Source: Pseudomonadota bacterium (GTDB lineage: Bacteria; Pseudomonadota; Alphaproteobacteria; Rhodobacterales; Rhodobacteraceae). From it: DNA of 64,000 nt. The notes under the pieces were generated by a model, which was given only the letters and a program-made list of their open reading frames with translations, made no database searches and was not told the origin of the DNA. This document shows positions 53,099 to 63,597 of this stretch, piece after piece (positions within the stretch are counted from its first letter, which is position 1; every line of letters begins with the position of its first letter). Location: contig JBCCDA010000005.1 in the NCBI GenBank assembly GCA_039033215.1, forward strand, positions 3,670 through 67,669, read 5' to 3'. The position numbers were made by a program, and so were the translations under genes.

Positions 53099-54603
53099 GC
53101 CCGCCCCCCGAGGCGTTCGCCGTCCAGTACCTCGACGGCGGTGCGCGCCTGATCGCCATCGTCGAAGGGGCGCATCTCGTCGCCAACCTCCTGGCCCTGT
53201 TCATGGCCCTTGCCCGCGATCAGCAGGCAATCGCCCGGCCGGGTCAGCGCGTCCACACCTGTCAGGATCGCCTGCGTGCGGTCGCCGATGTCATCGGCCT
53301 CGGGCGCACCTTCCTTCACCGCCGCGCGGATCAGGGCCGGGTCCTCGGACCGGGGGTTGTCATCCGTCACGATGGCGACATCGGCGTAGTCCGCGACCGC
53401 CTTGCCCATCATCGGGCGCTTGCCCGGGTCGCGGTCGCCGCCCGCGCCGAAGACGACGATCAGCCGCCTCTCGCAATGCGGGCGCAGTGCCTTGATCGCA
53501 GTGGCCAGCGCGTCGGGCGTGTGGGCATAGTCGACATAGATCGCAGCCCCATTGGCCCGGCGCGCTACCAGCTCCATCCGGCCCTTGGCCCCGGTGATCC
53601 CGGGCAAGGCCGCGAAGATCGCCGCGGGGTCGTCGCCGCACGCCAGCGCCATGCCCGCAGCCGTCAGCACGTTCCAGGCCTGGAACTCTCCGATCAGCTG
53701 CAACCGGGCATCATAGCGTTTGCCGTCCCAGGTCAGTCCGATGTCCTGGCCGTCGGTGTGGAAGGCCCGTGCCACCAGCCGCAGGTCCGCGGCCTCATCC
53801 CGACCCACGGCGATCATGTTGCGGTCTCGCGTCGCCATGCGGGCAAGCGCGAACACAGGTTCATCCGCATTCAGGACGGCCGTACCGCCGGGCGCCAGGA
53901 TCTCGTGGAAAAGCCGCAGCTTCGCGCCGACGTAATCGTCGAAGTCGCGGTGGTAGTCCATGTGATCGCGGGTGATGTTCGTCAGCCCCGCCGTCGTCAG
54001 CCGCACGCCGTGCAGGCGGTATTGGGCCAGGCCGTGGCTCGAGGCCTCCATCGCGCCGTGCGTGCAGCCGTTGGCCGCCAGATCGTCCAGGATCTTGTGC
54101 AGCGCAATCGGCTCGGGCGTCGTCATCGCCAGCGGCGCATCGAAGCCCTTGCCGGTGATCCCGGTGGTCCCGAAGGCCGCGGCCCGGTGGCCCAGCGCCT
54201 CCCAGATCTGACGCAGGAAATAGGTGACCGAGGTCTTGCCGTTCGTGCCCGTCACCGCGGCCATGACAGGGGGCTGGCCCGGGTAGAAGGCGGCGGCCAG
54301 ACGCGAGAGCACCGCGCGGGGTTCGGCCACGACAAACACCGGTACCGGCAAGGCGCCGATATCCCGGCGCATGGTCGCCACCCCATCCGCAGTGGCCACG
54401 ATCGCCAGCGCACCCTGGCGCACGGCGTACTGGGCAAACTCGGCGCCATCCAGCTTCTCGCCCTTGATGGCCACGAAGACGAAGCCGTCGCCCACATCGC
54501 GGCTGTCAACGGCAATCCCGGTCACGACGGCGGAGGGCACAGGCGGCGCACCCTCGTAGGGCAACCCGCTCAGACCCAGATTTTCAAGCGTGTGCGTGCT
54601 CAT
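53095..54603 (-). CDS. murE: UDP-MurNAc-dipeptide-mDAP ligase
   Basis: GTNGKTS, EASSHG, DYAHTPD, DNPR (mDAP-type). Confidence 0.96.
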   Translation of the reverse strand: MSTHTLENLGLSGLPYEGAPPVPSAVVTGIAVDSRDVGDGFVFVAIKGEKLDGAEFAQYAVRQGALAIVATADGVATMRRDIGALPVPVFVVAEPRAVLSRLAAAFYPGQPPVMAAVTGTNGKTSVTYFLRQIWEALGHRAAAFGTTGITGKGFDAPLAMTTPEPIALHKILDDLAANGCTHGAMEASSHGLAQYRLHGVRLTTAGLTNITRDHMDYHRDFDDYVGAKLRLFHEILAPGGTAVLNADEPVFALARMATRDRNMIAVGRDEAADLRLVARAFHTDGQDIGLTWDGKRYDARLQLIGEFQAWNVLTAAGMALACGDDPAAIFAALPGITGAKGRMELVARRANGAAIYVDYAHTPDALATAIKALRPHCERRLIVVFGAGGDRDPGKRPMMGKAVADYADVAIVTDDNPRSEDPALIRAAVKEGAPEADDIGDRTQAILTGVDALTRPGDCLLIAGKGHEQGQEVGDEMRPFDDGDQARTAVEVLDGERLGGRA

Positions 54604-54607
54604 CCGC

Positions 54608-56296
54608 TCATTCCAAGGCCGTCTCTAGCGCGCCGTTCGTCTCGACCACCACAGGTGCCGGCCGCATGCCGAGGATCGGCGCAATGCGGGCGATCAGGTC
54701 ACGCGCCACCGGCACCGCTGTGCGCCCCGCCACGCGGCTCGGCCGGGGACCGGAGCGGTCCGTCGGCTCGTCCAGCGACACGATCAGCACATACTCCGGG
54801 TCATCCGTTGGGAAAACCGCGGCAAACGTGGAAATTACACGATCTTTTGCGTAGCCGCCCGGGATCGGCTTGTTCGCCGTGCCGGTCTTGCCGCCAATAC
54901 CATAACCCGGCAGATCCGCGCGCCGCGCCGTCCCGTCCACGACGGTAGCCCGCATGATGTCCAGCATCTGGCGCGCCGTCTTCTCGGAAAAAATGCGCTC
55001 TCCCGTCCGGGGATTGTCCGCAAGAAGGGTCGGGAAGACCCGCACGCCGCCGTTGGCCAGCGTGCCGTAGGCGGCTGCCAGATGCACCGGCGAGGCCGCG
55101 ATCCCGTGGCCGTAGGCCGCCGTGATGGTCGACAGCTCCTTCCAGCGCTTGTGGCGGATGGGCGTCGAGGATTCCGGCAGCTCGATCCCCGAGAGGCCGA
55201 AGAATCCCAGCCGCTCGAGGTAGGACTTGAAGCGCGGTGTGCGCACCATCATCGCCAGCTTCGCGGTCCCGACGTTCGAGGATTTGATTACGATGTCCGC
55301 CAGCGTCATCTCGGGCGGCATGCGGTGGCTCTCGCCAATACGGTGGCGGCCATAGCGCAGCTCGCGCGGGGTCTGGATGATGGTCTCCACCCGCGCCGCG
55401 CCGACGTCGAGCGCCATGGCGGCCGTCAGCACCTTGAAGGTCGAGCCAAGCTCGTAGCGCCCCTGTGCCGCGCGGTTGAAGCGGGGATGGGTGTAGGACG
55501 GGCCGTTGTGCGGCTGACGCTCGGCGTTGGGGTCGAAATCGGGCAGCGAGACCATGGCGAGGATCTCGCCCGTCTTCGCCTTCATCAGGACACCGGCCGC
55601 CCCTTTGGCGGTGAGGCGGGCGATGCCCTCGGCCAGGACCTGCCGCATGGCCTGCTGCAACCGGATGTCCAGCGAAAGCCGCAGGGGTTCCGCCGCCATG
55701 GCAGGATCCGACAGGCGCGCGTCAAACTCGGCCTCGATCCCGCCCGAACCCTGAAACTCCGCAAAGCGGACAGCCTCGCGCCGGGCCTTGACCCCACCCA
55801 TGATATGCGCCGCGGTCCGCCCCGCCGGGTAGAGCCGCACCTCACGGCTGCCGAAGTGCAGACCAGGCCAGCCAAGGTCATGGACGGCTTGCTTCTCACG
55901 CGGCGAAATCGGACGTTTGATCCAGACGAAGCGGCGTCCATCGGTGAGTTTGCGCAGAATTGCGGGTTCCTCGAGATCGGGGAAGATCCGCGCCAGATCG
56001 GCCGCGACCGAGACTGGATCCTTGATCACCGCCGGGTGGGCATAGAGCGACCAGGCCGGCAGGTTGGCCGCCAGCAGCGCCCCGTTGCGGTCGACAATTT
56101 CGGCGCGGACGGGGTTCGCCGCGGCCTGTGCCCGCGCGAGGCGGGGCTCGGACGGTTCGGTCAGCGCAAGAAGGCCCATCTGCAGCCCGACCGCCGCGTA
56201 ACATAGCAGGAAGACCATCATCACAAGGATGAGCCGCCAGTCGCCGCGAAGCGCATTGCGCCCGACGGGGCGTTGGGTGGCGGCGATCTCGGTCAT
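54608..56296 (-). CDS. ftsI: Division transpeptidase PBP3
   Basis: GSTFK, SSN, KTGT motifs; follows ftsL. Confidence 0.95.
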   Translation of the reverse strand: MTEIAATQRPVGRNALRGDWRLILVMMVFLLCYAAVGLQMGLLALTEPSEPRLARAQAAANPVRAEIVDRNGALLAANLPAWSLYAHPAVIKDPVSVAADLARIFPDLEEPAILRKLTDGRRFVWIKRPISPREKQAVHDLGWPGLHFGSREVRLYPAGRTAAHIMGGVKARREAVRFAEFQGSGGIEAEFDARLSDPAMAAEPLRLSLDIRLQQAMRQVLAEGIARLTAKGAAGVLMKAKTGEILAMVSLPDFDPNAERQPHNGPSYTHPRFNRAAQGRYELGSTFKVLTAAMALDVGAARVETIIQTPRELRYGRHRIGESHRMPPEMTLADIVIKSSNVGTAKLAMMVRTPRFKSYLERLGFFGLSGIELPESSTPIRHKRWKELSTITAAYGHGIAASPVHLAAAYGTLANGGVRVFPTLLADNPRTGERIFSEKTARQMLDIMRATVVDGTARRADLPGYGIGGKTGTANKPIPGGYAKDRVISTFAAVFPTDDPEYVLIVSLDEPTDRSGPRPSRVAGRTAVPVARDLIARIAPILGMRPAPVVVETNGALETALE

Positions 56297-56664
56297 TGGA
56301 CGAACCAGCCGACGGGACGGCCACGCGGCACGGGCATCTCGGGCCCGGTCTCCGCGACCGGCGCCTCGGGCACCAGCGGTGCGTCCGGGAAGGGCACGAC
56401 CATGGCATCCTGCAGGACCTCGGGCGTCATCGGCACAAGCTGCAGCCGGTGATTGTGCTGAGCAACCAGCGCCTGCAGACGCTCGGGCCGGTTGAGATAG
56501 GCCCATTCGACGCGCAGCACCTGAAGCTGCTCGCGTTCCTGCGCGATCTCGCTGCGCAGTTCGACGACCCGGTCATAGGCCGTCATCGTGTTGTAGTTGA
56601 TCCCGTAGGCCCAGACCGCCATGGCGACGACCGCCGAGACAATGATCAGTGCATGCCGGATCAT
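56293..56664 (-). CDS. ftsL: Cell division protein FtsL
   Basis: TM plus coiled coil, [14 protein letters not shown]. Confidence 0.9.
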   Translation of the reverse strand: MIRHALIIVSAVVAMAVWAYGINYNTMTAYDRVVELRSEIAQEREQLQVLRVEWAYLNRPERLQALVAQHNHRLQLVPMTPEVLQDAMVVPFPDAPLVPEAPVAETGPEMPVPRGRPVGWFVQ

Positions 56665-57653
56665 GGGAGCTCTCCCGCGATCTTGGGCAGGCCCAGGACG
56701 CGTGCCTCGAGCGCGACAGGGGTGGCATCGGTACGGACTGCCCAGCGCAGGCGGGCAGAACGAGCGCGCGGGTTGCGCTCGGTCTCGGCCGGGCCGGCGG
56801 CCACGGGTTTTTCGGGCCGCTCGAACCGGGGCGGCGGCATCTCGCGGTCGGGGCCGTGCCGCGAGCCACCCGCGGTGATGGCCGAGCCCGTCTGCAGATA
56901 CCGCTTCACGATCCGGTCCTCGAGCGAGTGGAACGTGACAACCACGAGCCTGCCACCGGGCCTGAGGATCCGCTCGGCGGCGGCGAGGCCGCGGACAAGC
57001 TCCCCCAGTTCGTCGTTCACCGCGATCCTGAGCGCCTGGAATGTGCGGGTCGCCGGATGGAGCTGCCCCGGGCGGGGCCTTGGCAGGCATGAGGCCACGA
57101 TCTCGGCCAGCTGCAACGTCGTCTCGATCGGTGTCTCGGCGCGGGCCTTGACGATGGCGCGGGCGATCCGGCGCGCCGCCCGCTCCTCGCCCAGCCCGTA
57201 GATCAGATCGGCCAGTTGGCCTTCGTCCAGTCCCGCCACCAGATCGGCAGCGGACCGGCCCTCGCCCGACATGCGCATGTCGAGCGGCCCGTCGCGCATG
57301 AAGGAGAACCCCCGCACTGCCTGATCGAGCTGCATCGAAGAGACCCCGATATCCAGCACCACGGCGTCGACCCCGTCGGGTGCCTCGGCCTCGACCAGCC
57401 TGTCGAGATCGCCAAAGCGGCCTTCGATCAGCACCAGCCCCTCGGCCGGCTCGGCCAATGCCAGCGCGGACGGGTCACGGTCGATCCCGATCACCCGCGC
57501 ACCACGCTCCAGGATCGCACGGCTGTAGCCGCCTGCCCCGAAGGTGCCGTCGACCACGATGCGCCCGTCCAGGGTGCCCAACGCCACCATCACCTCGTCC
57601 AGCAAGACGGGGACATGTGGCTGGAACGTATCCGGAGCCACTGCGGCGTTCAT
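56661..57653 (-). CDS. rsmH: 16S rRNA m4C1402 methyltransferase
   Basis: [33 protein letters not shown]. Confidence 0.97.
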   Translation of the reverse strand: MNAAVAPDTFQPHVPVLLDEVMVALGTLDGRIVVDGTFGAGGYSRAILERGARVIGIDRDPSALALAEPAEGLVLIEGRFGDLDRLVEAEAPDGVDAVVLDIGVSSMQLDQAVRGFSFMRDGPLDMRMSGEGRSAADLVAGLDEGQLADLIYGLGEERAARRIARAIVKARAETPIETTLQLAEIVASCLPRPRPGQLHPATRTFQALRIAVNDELGELVRGLAAAERILRPGGRLVVVTFHSLEDRIVKRYLQTGSAITAGGSRHGPDREMPPPRFERPEKPVAAGPAETERNPRARSARLRWAVRTDATPVALEARVLGLPKIAGELP

Positions 57654-58117
57654 CCGTCCAGCCCCCTCAAGTCGATGTAGACGGGGTCATCCCCATCGTC
57701 GCCAAGCTCGGCCTCGAAGGCATTGTAACCTTCAGGCGTCCAGATTTCGAAACACGAGGCATTGCCCGCGAAGCGCACGTCCTTGACCAAGCCGATCACC
57801 TCGCGCAGGCCCTTCGAGATCAGGATCCGTCCGTTGTCGTCGACCTGCACGTGATTGGCGCGGTTGATCAGCGCGACGGCCATCTGGCGCTGACGCTTGC
57901 GGCTGCCGTAGTCGGTTGTGTTGTGACGCTCGATCAGCTTGTCGTAGGATTCGGCCGTGAAGGCGACATGCGACCGCGGATCCTCGAGTTGGGGGACGAT
58001 CACCAGCGCGCCGTCCGAGCCGCGCGTCGTCAGAACCTTGCGAAAATCCGTGGGAAGCGCGACGCGACCCTTGTCGTCGAGCTTGTGGTCGTGGATCCCT
58101 GTGAAATGCCTGACCAC
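57650..58117 (-). CDS. mraZ: Division/cell wall cluster regulator MraZ
   Basis: Two DxxGR motifs (DDKGRV, DDNGRI), FEIW; first gene of dcw. Confidence 0.93.
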   Translation of the reverse strand: MVRHFTGIHDHKLDDKGRVALPTDFRKVLTTRGSDGALVIVPQLEDPRSHVAFTAESYDKLIERHNTTDYGSRKRQRQMAVALINRANHVQVDDNGRILISKGLREVIGLVKDVRFAGNASCFEIWTPEGYNAFEAELGDDGDDPVYIDLRGLDG

Positions 58118-58390
58118 GGCCCCGGGCGTCCCTTTTGTTCCGCCAGAGGGGAGGGCCTGGAACGGAACGGGCGGATCGTTAGCCTGCCGATCCGCCCGCC
58201 GTCCCTCGGAGTGTCACGCGACTTGCCCGATTTGCCGGGTCTGCTCTCAGCCGCGCAGTGTGCTCTCGCCTCTGCTCTTCTCCTGGAGACACCCGCTGGA
58301 GCCTGTATGAAACCGCTCGATTATTGTGCTGCCAGCGGATGTCTCTGAGGACATTGTGTACTCCACCACTCTCTCCCACACAAGCCCATA
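58118..58390 (-). ncRNA. Extended mraZ 5' leader, probable counterpart of the Rhodobacter sphaeroides sRNA UpsM
   Basis: ~270 nt between predicted promoter and mraZ; 11-bp stem CGGGCGGATCG/CGATCCGCCCG at 58168-58198; ends approximate; assignment positional. Confidence 0.5.
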
Positions 58391-58425
58391 ACCTCCCACC
58401 AAGCCATTTTTCTCACCCATGTCAA
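58363..58425 (-). promoter_or_regulatory. dcw promoter with MraZ-type direct repeats
   Basis: TTGACA at 58420-58425; RTGGG repeats with 10-bp period at 58395-99, 58385-89, 58375-79. Confidence 0.7.
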
Positions 58426-58545
58426 CATCTTGTATCGCCGCGCGGAGTATCCGCAACATGCGGACCCGCCGAGAGAAGATTGGACCGCAGCACGGCCATG
58501 CGCTAGCTCCGGTGGGACAGAAGTGGAGAGGAAGGGGCGAATCCC

Positions 58546-58950
58546 ATGGAGCATTTCAAGGCAGGCACGCGACCCACGAAATACGGGCCTGAGTCGTATT
58601 TCACCGGCACCGTGATGCAGGATCCGATCGTCGAGGCCCCGGAACCCGCCCGCATCCGCGCCGTGCGTGTGAGCTTCGAGCCGGGCGCGCGGACGGCCTG
58701 GCACACGCATCCGCTGGGTCAGACGCTGCACGTCGTCTCGGGCGTCGGGCGGTTCCAGACGCTGGGCCAGCAACCGGTCGAGATCAAGGCGGGCGACACG
58801 GTCTGGATCCCACCGGGAGAGAAGCACTGGCATGGTGCCGCCCCCGACACGGCGATGGTCCATATCGCGTTCCAGGAAGCGCTCGACGGCAAGCACATAG
58901 AGTGGATGGAGAAGGTCGAGGACACCGACTACCTGGTCGATCCCGCCTGA
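58546..58950 (+). CDS. Cupin domain protein
   Basis: FEPGARTAWHTHPLGQTL, PGEKHWHGA. Confidence 0.9.
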   Translation: MEHFKAGTRPTKYGPESYFTGTVMQDPIVEAPEPARIRAVRVSFEPGARTAWHTHPLGQTLHVVSGVGRFQTLGQQPVEIKAGDTVWIPPGEKHWHGAAPDTAMVHIAFQEALDGKHIEWMEKVEDTDYLVDPA

Positions 58951-59010
58951 TCGGATGCGGCGCGCCCGTGTCCGGGATGCCGGAGACGGGTGAGCCGGGG
59001 GGACGCAAGG

Positions 59011-60096
59011 ATGAAGCGGATCCTGGCACTATCGGGAGGCGGCGTGCGCGGTGCCGTGGAGGTGGCATTCCTCGAGGCGATCGAGGCGCACTACCGCAAG
59101 CTGGGCCACGACAGCCTGGCCGATGTCTATGACCTCGTGGGCGGGACGTCGACCGGGGCGCTGGTCGCCACGGCCATATCGCTCGGCCAACCGGTCTCGG
59201 AGATCGCCCGGTTCTACACCGAGAAGGCGCCGCGGTTGTTCGGCAAGTCGCGCGGCGGTCTCGCGCGGCTCTTCAAACCGGCCTTCGACTCGCGGATCCT
59301 GGAGGACGAGATCCGGGGGGAGGTCGGCGATCTCACGCTCGGCGCGCCGGAGCTGCGCACCTATCTGGGGATCGTCACCAAGCGGCTGGACACCGGGGCG
59401 CCCTGGATCCTCTCGAACATACCCAGCGCCCCCTATTTCGAAGACGACCCCGCCGAAGGCTTCATCGGCAACAAGCACTACGAGCTGGCAAAACTGCTGC
59501 GTGCGTCTTCTGCCGCCCCGACGTTGTTCCAGCAGCAGACGATCAAGGTCGCCCCGAACGAGGCGCCAGGCGTCTTCGTCGATGGCGGCGCGAGCCCCTA
59601 CAACGACCCCTCGATGGCGCTGCTCCTGTTGGCGCGCGCGAAGGCATTCGGGCTGGAGTGGCCGCTGGGGGTGGCGAACCTCTCGATCACGTCGGTTGGC
59701 ACCGGCACGTACCGCCGCCGCCTGCCCCGCGAGATCGCGGCGAAGGCGCCGCCCTGGCAGATCACCAAGGAGACGCTCCTTGGCATGATCAACGACAACG
59801 AGGCGCAGGCGCTGACAATGATGCAGTGGATGGGCCAGTCCCCTCAGCCGGAGCGTCTCAACTCCGAGATCGGGACCTTGGACGGCGAGACACTGTTCGG
59901 GGAGCCAGCCTTCCACTTCCAGCGACTCGACCTTCCGATCGGTTACGCAGCTCTGCGCTCGGCCGGCGTCGAGGTCACAGAAGCGGAGGTCAGACGGTTC
60001 GAGACGATTGAGGACCCGAAGGTGATCCCACGTCTGATGGAAGTGACACGCGCCTATTGCGCGAACACCTACGACCTGGACGCGCTGTTGGTCTGA
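59011..60096 (+). CDS. Patatin-like phospholipase
   Basis: GGGVRG, GTSTG, DGG motifs. Confidence 0.9.
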   Translation: MKRILALSGGGVRGAVEVAFLEAIEAHYRKLGHDSLADVYDLVGGTSTGALVATAISLGQPVSEIARFYTEKAPRLFGKSRGGLARLFKPAFDSRILEDEIRGEVGDLTLGAPELRTYLGIVTKRLDTGAPWILSNIPSAPYFEDDPAEGFIGNKHYELAKLLRASSAAPTLFQQQTIKVAPNEAPGVFVDGGASPYNDPSMALLLLARAKAFGLEWPLGVANLSITSVGTGTYRRRLPREIAAKAPPWQITKETLLGMINDNEAQALTMMQWMGQSPQPERLNSEIGTLDGETLFGEPAFHFQRLDLPIGYAALRSAGVEVTEAEVRRFETIEDPKVIPRLMEVTRAYCANTYDLDALLV

Positions 60097-60099
60097 GGC

Positions 60100-60357
60100 G
60101 GGATCGGGATCTCTCTTTCAGGTAGCCCCTTTTGCCGGGGCTCGGAGGGTCGTTGCCGCAGTCGCAAAGGTCGGGCGGCCGCCCGGTGGGTCCGTTGCGG
60201 GACCCTGCCCTGTTACCCTGGGCAGGGGGTTGCCTGGTGACGGGAGCTACCCCGTGGCGGGTGTCAATCGCCAGGCATCCGTGCCAAGTGGCCGCCGCGG
60301 TGCAGCCCGAGATGCCGGTCTCCAAAGGATGCCGAGCGGTCTACCGGCGATTCCCTA
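60100..60357 (-). ncRNA. Candidate structured non-coding RNA of unknown class
   Basis: No convincing ORF; several stems with purine-rich loops on the minus strand; boundaries approximate. Confidence 0.4.
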
Positions 60358-60431
60358 AGATTTGGCTAAAGTTGCGCACGTGAGAACCCGCACCGGGCAA
60401 CCGTAGACCATCCCGCTGCCCCACCGCCCAC

Positions 60432-60462
60432 AAGAAAAACCCCGGCGGGAACCCGCCGGGGT
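60432..60462 (-). terminator. Intrinsic terminator of the ABC operon
   Basis: ACCCCGGCGGG-TT-CCCGCCGGGGT followed by TTTTCTT on the minus strand. Confidence 0.8.
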
Positions 60463-60507
60463 CGGTCTCATCTCACGGCGGGTTTGAAACCCACCGCATG
60501 CCCGGCA

Positions 60508-62235
60508 TTACTGCCAGCGCTTGATGATCTCCTCGTAGGCGATGGTCTCGCCCTGAGGTTTCTCGTTCTCGAGCTTGGCCTTGGGCGAGCCGGGCTGGCT
60601 GAGCCAGAACTCTGGATCCTGCTCGTCGTTCAGGCGCGGGCCGCAGCCACCATAGACCTGGGCACGCTCGTCAGCCGACTGCATGCGGGCCATGATGGTG
60701 TCCATCTCCATGGCGAGACGGTCCATGGCTTCCTGCGGCGTGAACGCACCCGAGTTCACGTCCCCGATCTGCTGCCACCAGAGCTGCGCCAGCTTGGGGT
60801 AGTCCGGCACGTTGACGCCTGTCGGCGACCAGCGCACCCGGTCGGGAGAGCGGTAGAACTCGACCAGACCACCGAGGTTCGGCGCCCGCTCGGTGAAGCT
60901 CTCGTGGTTCACGGTCGTGTCGCGGATGAACGTCAGGCCCACGTGGGACTTGCGGACATCGACGGTCTTGGAGACCACGAACTGCGCATAGAGCCATGCG
61001 GCCTTGGCGCGATCGATCGGCGTCGACTTCAGGATCGTCCACGAACCGGCATCCTGGTAGCCGACCTTCTGACCCTCGGTCCAGTAGGGACCATGCGGGC
61101 TGGGGGCCATCCGCCAGAGCGGCGCACCATCGGCATCCACCGTGTTGTTGCCCTCGGACTGCGGGGCAACCATCGACGCCGTGAAGGCGGTGTACCAGAA
61201 GATCTGCTGGGCCACGTTGCCCTGGCTGAGCGCCGGCAGCGATTGGTAGAAGTCGTAGCTGGCCGCACCCGGAGGCGCATACTTCCGCAGCCACTCGTCC
61301 CACTTGCGGATCGCATAGACCGCAGCCGGGCCGTTCGCCGCCCCGCCGCGCGAGACCGAGGCCCCGACCGGGTTACAGGTGCCGGCTTCCATGCGGATGC
61401 CCCATTCGTCGACGGGCACGCCGTTCGGCTCGCCCACGTCACCGGCGCCCGCCATCGAGAGCCAGGCATCCGTCATGCGCCAGCCCAGGTCAGGCGCGCG
61501 CTTGCCGTAGTCCATGTGGCCATAGACCTTTACGCCGTCGATCTCCTGGACATGCACGCTGAAGAACTCGGCGATGTCCTCATAGGCCGACCAGTTGACC
61601 GGAACGCCCAGGTCGTAGCCGTAGATCTCCTTGAACTGCGCCTGCAGGTCAGGATTGTCGAACCAGTCCTTGCGGAACCAGTAGAGGTTGGCGAACTGCT
61701 GGTCGGGCAGCTGGTAGAGGTTGCCGTCCGGCCCCGTCGTGAAGCTGATCCCCATGAAGTCATCGAGATCGAGACCGGGGTTCGTCACGTCCGGGTTCTC
61801 GGCCATGAACTCGGTCAGGTTGTAGGCGAGCTGCAGGCGCGAGTGCGTGCCGATCAGATCCGAGTCGTTGACATAGGCATCGTAGAGATTGCGCTTGGTC
61901 TGCATCTGGGTCTGCACGGCCTGCACGACCTCGCCTTCCCCCAGCAACTGGTGGTTGACCTTGATGCCGGTGATCTCCTCGAAGGCCTTGGTCAGGACTT
62001 CCGACTCGTAGCTGTGCGTCGGGATGGTTTCCGACAGCACGTTGATCTCCATCCCCGCGAACGGGGCGGCGGCGTCGATGAACCACTGCATCTCGGCCTT
62101 CTGCTCGTCTGCGGAAAGCGCCGAGGGTTGGAACTCCTCGGTGATCCATCGTTCGGCCGCGGCCATGTCTGCGTGGGCTGGCGCCCCCCAGACCAAGGCA
62201 AGCGCTGCCGCGGTTGCGTACAGATTTCTTCTCAT
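60508..62235 (-). CDS. ABC transporter substrate-binding protein, glycerol-type (GlpV-like)
   Basis: Signal peptide ..APAHA; SETIPTH, QLPDQQFANLYWFR, GTHSR; operon order permease-permease-DUF2160-SBP. Confidence 0.85.
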   Translation of the reverse strand: MRRNLYATAAALALVWGAPAHADMAAAERWITEEFQPSALSADEQKAEMQWFIDAAAPFAGMEINVLSETIPTHSYESEVLTKAFEEITGIKVNHQLLGEGEVVQAVQTQMQTKRNLYDAYVNDSDLIGTHSRLQLAYNLTEFMAENPDVTNPGLDLDDFMGISFTTGPDGNLYQLPDQQFANLYWFRKDWFDNPDLQAQFKEIYGYDLGVPVNWSAYEDIAEFFSVHVQEIDGVKVYGHMDYGKRAPDLGWRMTDAWLSMAGAGDVGEPNGVPVDEWGIRMEAGTCNPVGASVSRGGAANGPAAVYAIRKWDEWLRKYAPPGAASYDFYQSLPALSQGNVAQQIFWYTAFTASMVAPQSEGNNTVDADGAPLWRMAPSPHGPYWTEGQKVGYQDAGSWTILKSTPIDRAKAAWLYAQFVVSKTVDVRKSHVGLTFIRDTTVNHESFTERAPNLGGLVEFYRSPDRVRWSPTGVNVPDYPKLAQLWWQQIGDVNSGAFTPQEAMDRLAMEMDTIMARMQSADERAQVYGGCGPRLNDEQDPEFWLSQPGSPKAKLENEKPQGETIAYEEIIKRWQ

Positions 62236-62284
62236 GGTTCCTCCCGTGAGATTGCAGCCCTTTTCGGGCTCGGTTTACCGGCCT

Positions 62285-62761
62285 CTACACCCAACGGAAC
62301 ACCGAAAGGGCAAAGAGGACCGAGATGATGGTGGCATACCAGAGCGGCTGATCGCTGAAGCCGAGCCAGCCGAGGTGGATGAAGGCAGAGCCGAGCAGGC
62401 TGATGAACAGCCTGTCGCCCCGGGTCGTATCGATGCCGAGAGCACCCGGTGTGCGGGGATTGCCGCCCGGCTTGCGGATCTCCCAGATCGTCATGGTGAT
62501 CAGGGCGCAGGCGATGAGCCCGAAGAATGTCGCCGTCTGCCAGGTCCAGGCCATCCAGGCGAGCAAGGGCTCGTCGACGGCATTCTGGGCGTGTGCGAGG
62601 CCCGGCACGACCGCCCAGGCCAACACCGCAAGCGCGCCGCCGAGCATTCTGGGCGCGCGCACGCCGGAGGCTGCTTGGGAGGCTCTCCTCTTCATCTGGC
62701 CCGAAATACCTTGGAAGGTCGGTGTCCGCACATCTCTCTCTGATCGAGCGTCGACCATCAC
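62285..62761 (-). CDS. DUF2160 small membrane protein (GlpU-like)
   Basis: WMAWTWQTATFF...TTRGDRLFISLLGSAFIHL.W; start uncertain. Confidence 0.8.
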   Translation of the reverse strand: MMVDARSERDVRTPTFQGISGQMKRRASQAASGVRAPRMLGGALAVLAWAVVPGLAHAQNAVDEPLLAWMAWTWQTATFFGLIACALITMTIWEIRKPGGNPRTPGALGIDTTRGDRLFISLLGSAFIHLGWLGFSDQPLWYATIISVLFALSVFRWV

Positions 62762-63593
62762 ACCCTCCCCATCGCGAAACCCTTCGCGATGTAGTTGCGC
62801 ACGAAGTAGATAACGATCGCTCCCGGGATGATCGTCAGCACCCCAGCCGCCGCCAGCAGTCCCAGCTCATACCCGGAGGTCGAGGCCGTCTTTGTCATCA
62901 CGGCGACGATGGGTTTGGCGTCCACCGCCGTCAGCGTCTTCGCCAACAGCATCTCGACCCAGCTGAACATGAAGCAGAAGAACGCCGTGACCCCGATGCC
63001 GCTTGCGATCAGCGGCATGAAGATCTTCACGAAGAAGGCCGGGAACGAGTAGCCATCGACATAGGCCGTCTCGTCGATCTCCTTCGGGACGCCCGACATG
63101 AAGCCCTCCAGGATCCAGACCGCCAGCGGAATGCTGAACAGGCAATGCGCCAGCGCCACCGCGAAGACCGTGTCGAACATTTGCATCGACGAATAGAGCT
63201 CGATGAACGGCACGGCAAAAACCGCGGGCGGCGCCATCCGGTTCGTCAGCAGCCAGAAGAAGAGGTGCTTGTCGCCAAGGAAGCGGTAGCGGCTGAAGGC
63301 ATAGGCGGCAGGCAGCGCCACACTCACGGTCAGCACGGTGTTGATGCAGACATAGAGGATCGAATTCACATAACCCCAGGCCCATGACGGATCGCAGCCC
63401 GCCCGGACAGCGCCGCCCCAGATCTCGGGCACACCGCACAGGATCGCGCTGTAGTTGTCGAAGGTGAACGTGACCGGGAAGGGGCTGAAGCCGCCCAGGA
63501 TCTCGTTGGTGGTCTTGAACGACATGTTCACGAGCCAATAGATCGGCAGCATCAGAAACAGGATGTAGAGGGCGGGAACGAGCCAGCGGAGCT

Positions 63594-63597
<4 letters not shown>
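62758..63597 (-). CDS. Carbohydrate ABC transporter permease
   Basis: EAA loop EIDETAYVDG; NRMAPPAVF. Confidence 0.9.

Noticed and set aside
59011-60096. Patatin as a CBASS CapV-type effector
   Set aside because: No CD-NTase or other defence gene adjacent; host-like GC and codon use
60100-60357. RNase P RNA or tmRNA
   Set aside because: Lacks GAGGAAAGTCC and tRNA-like ends on either strand
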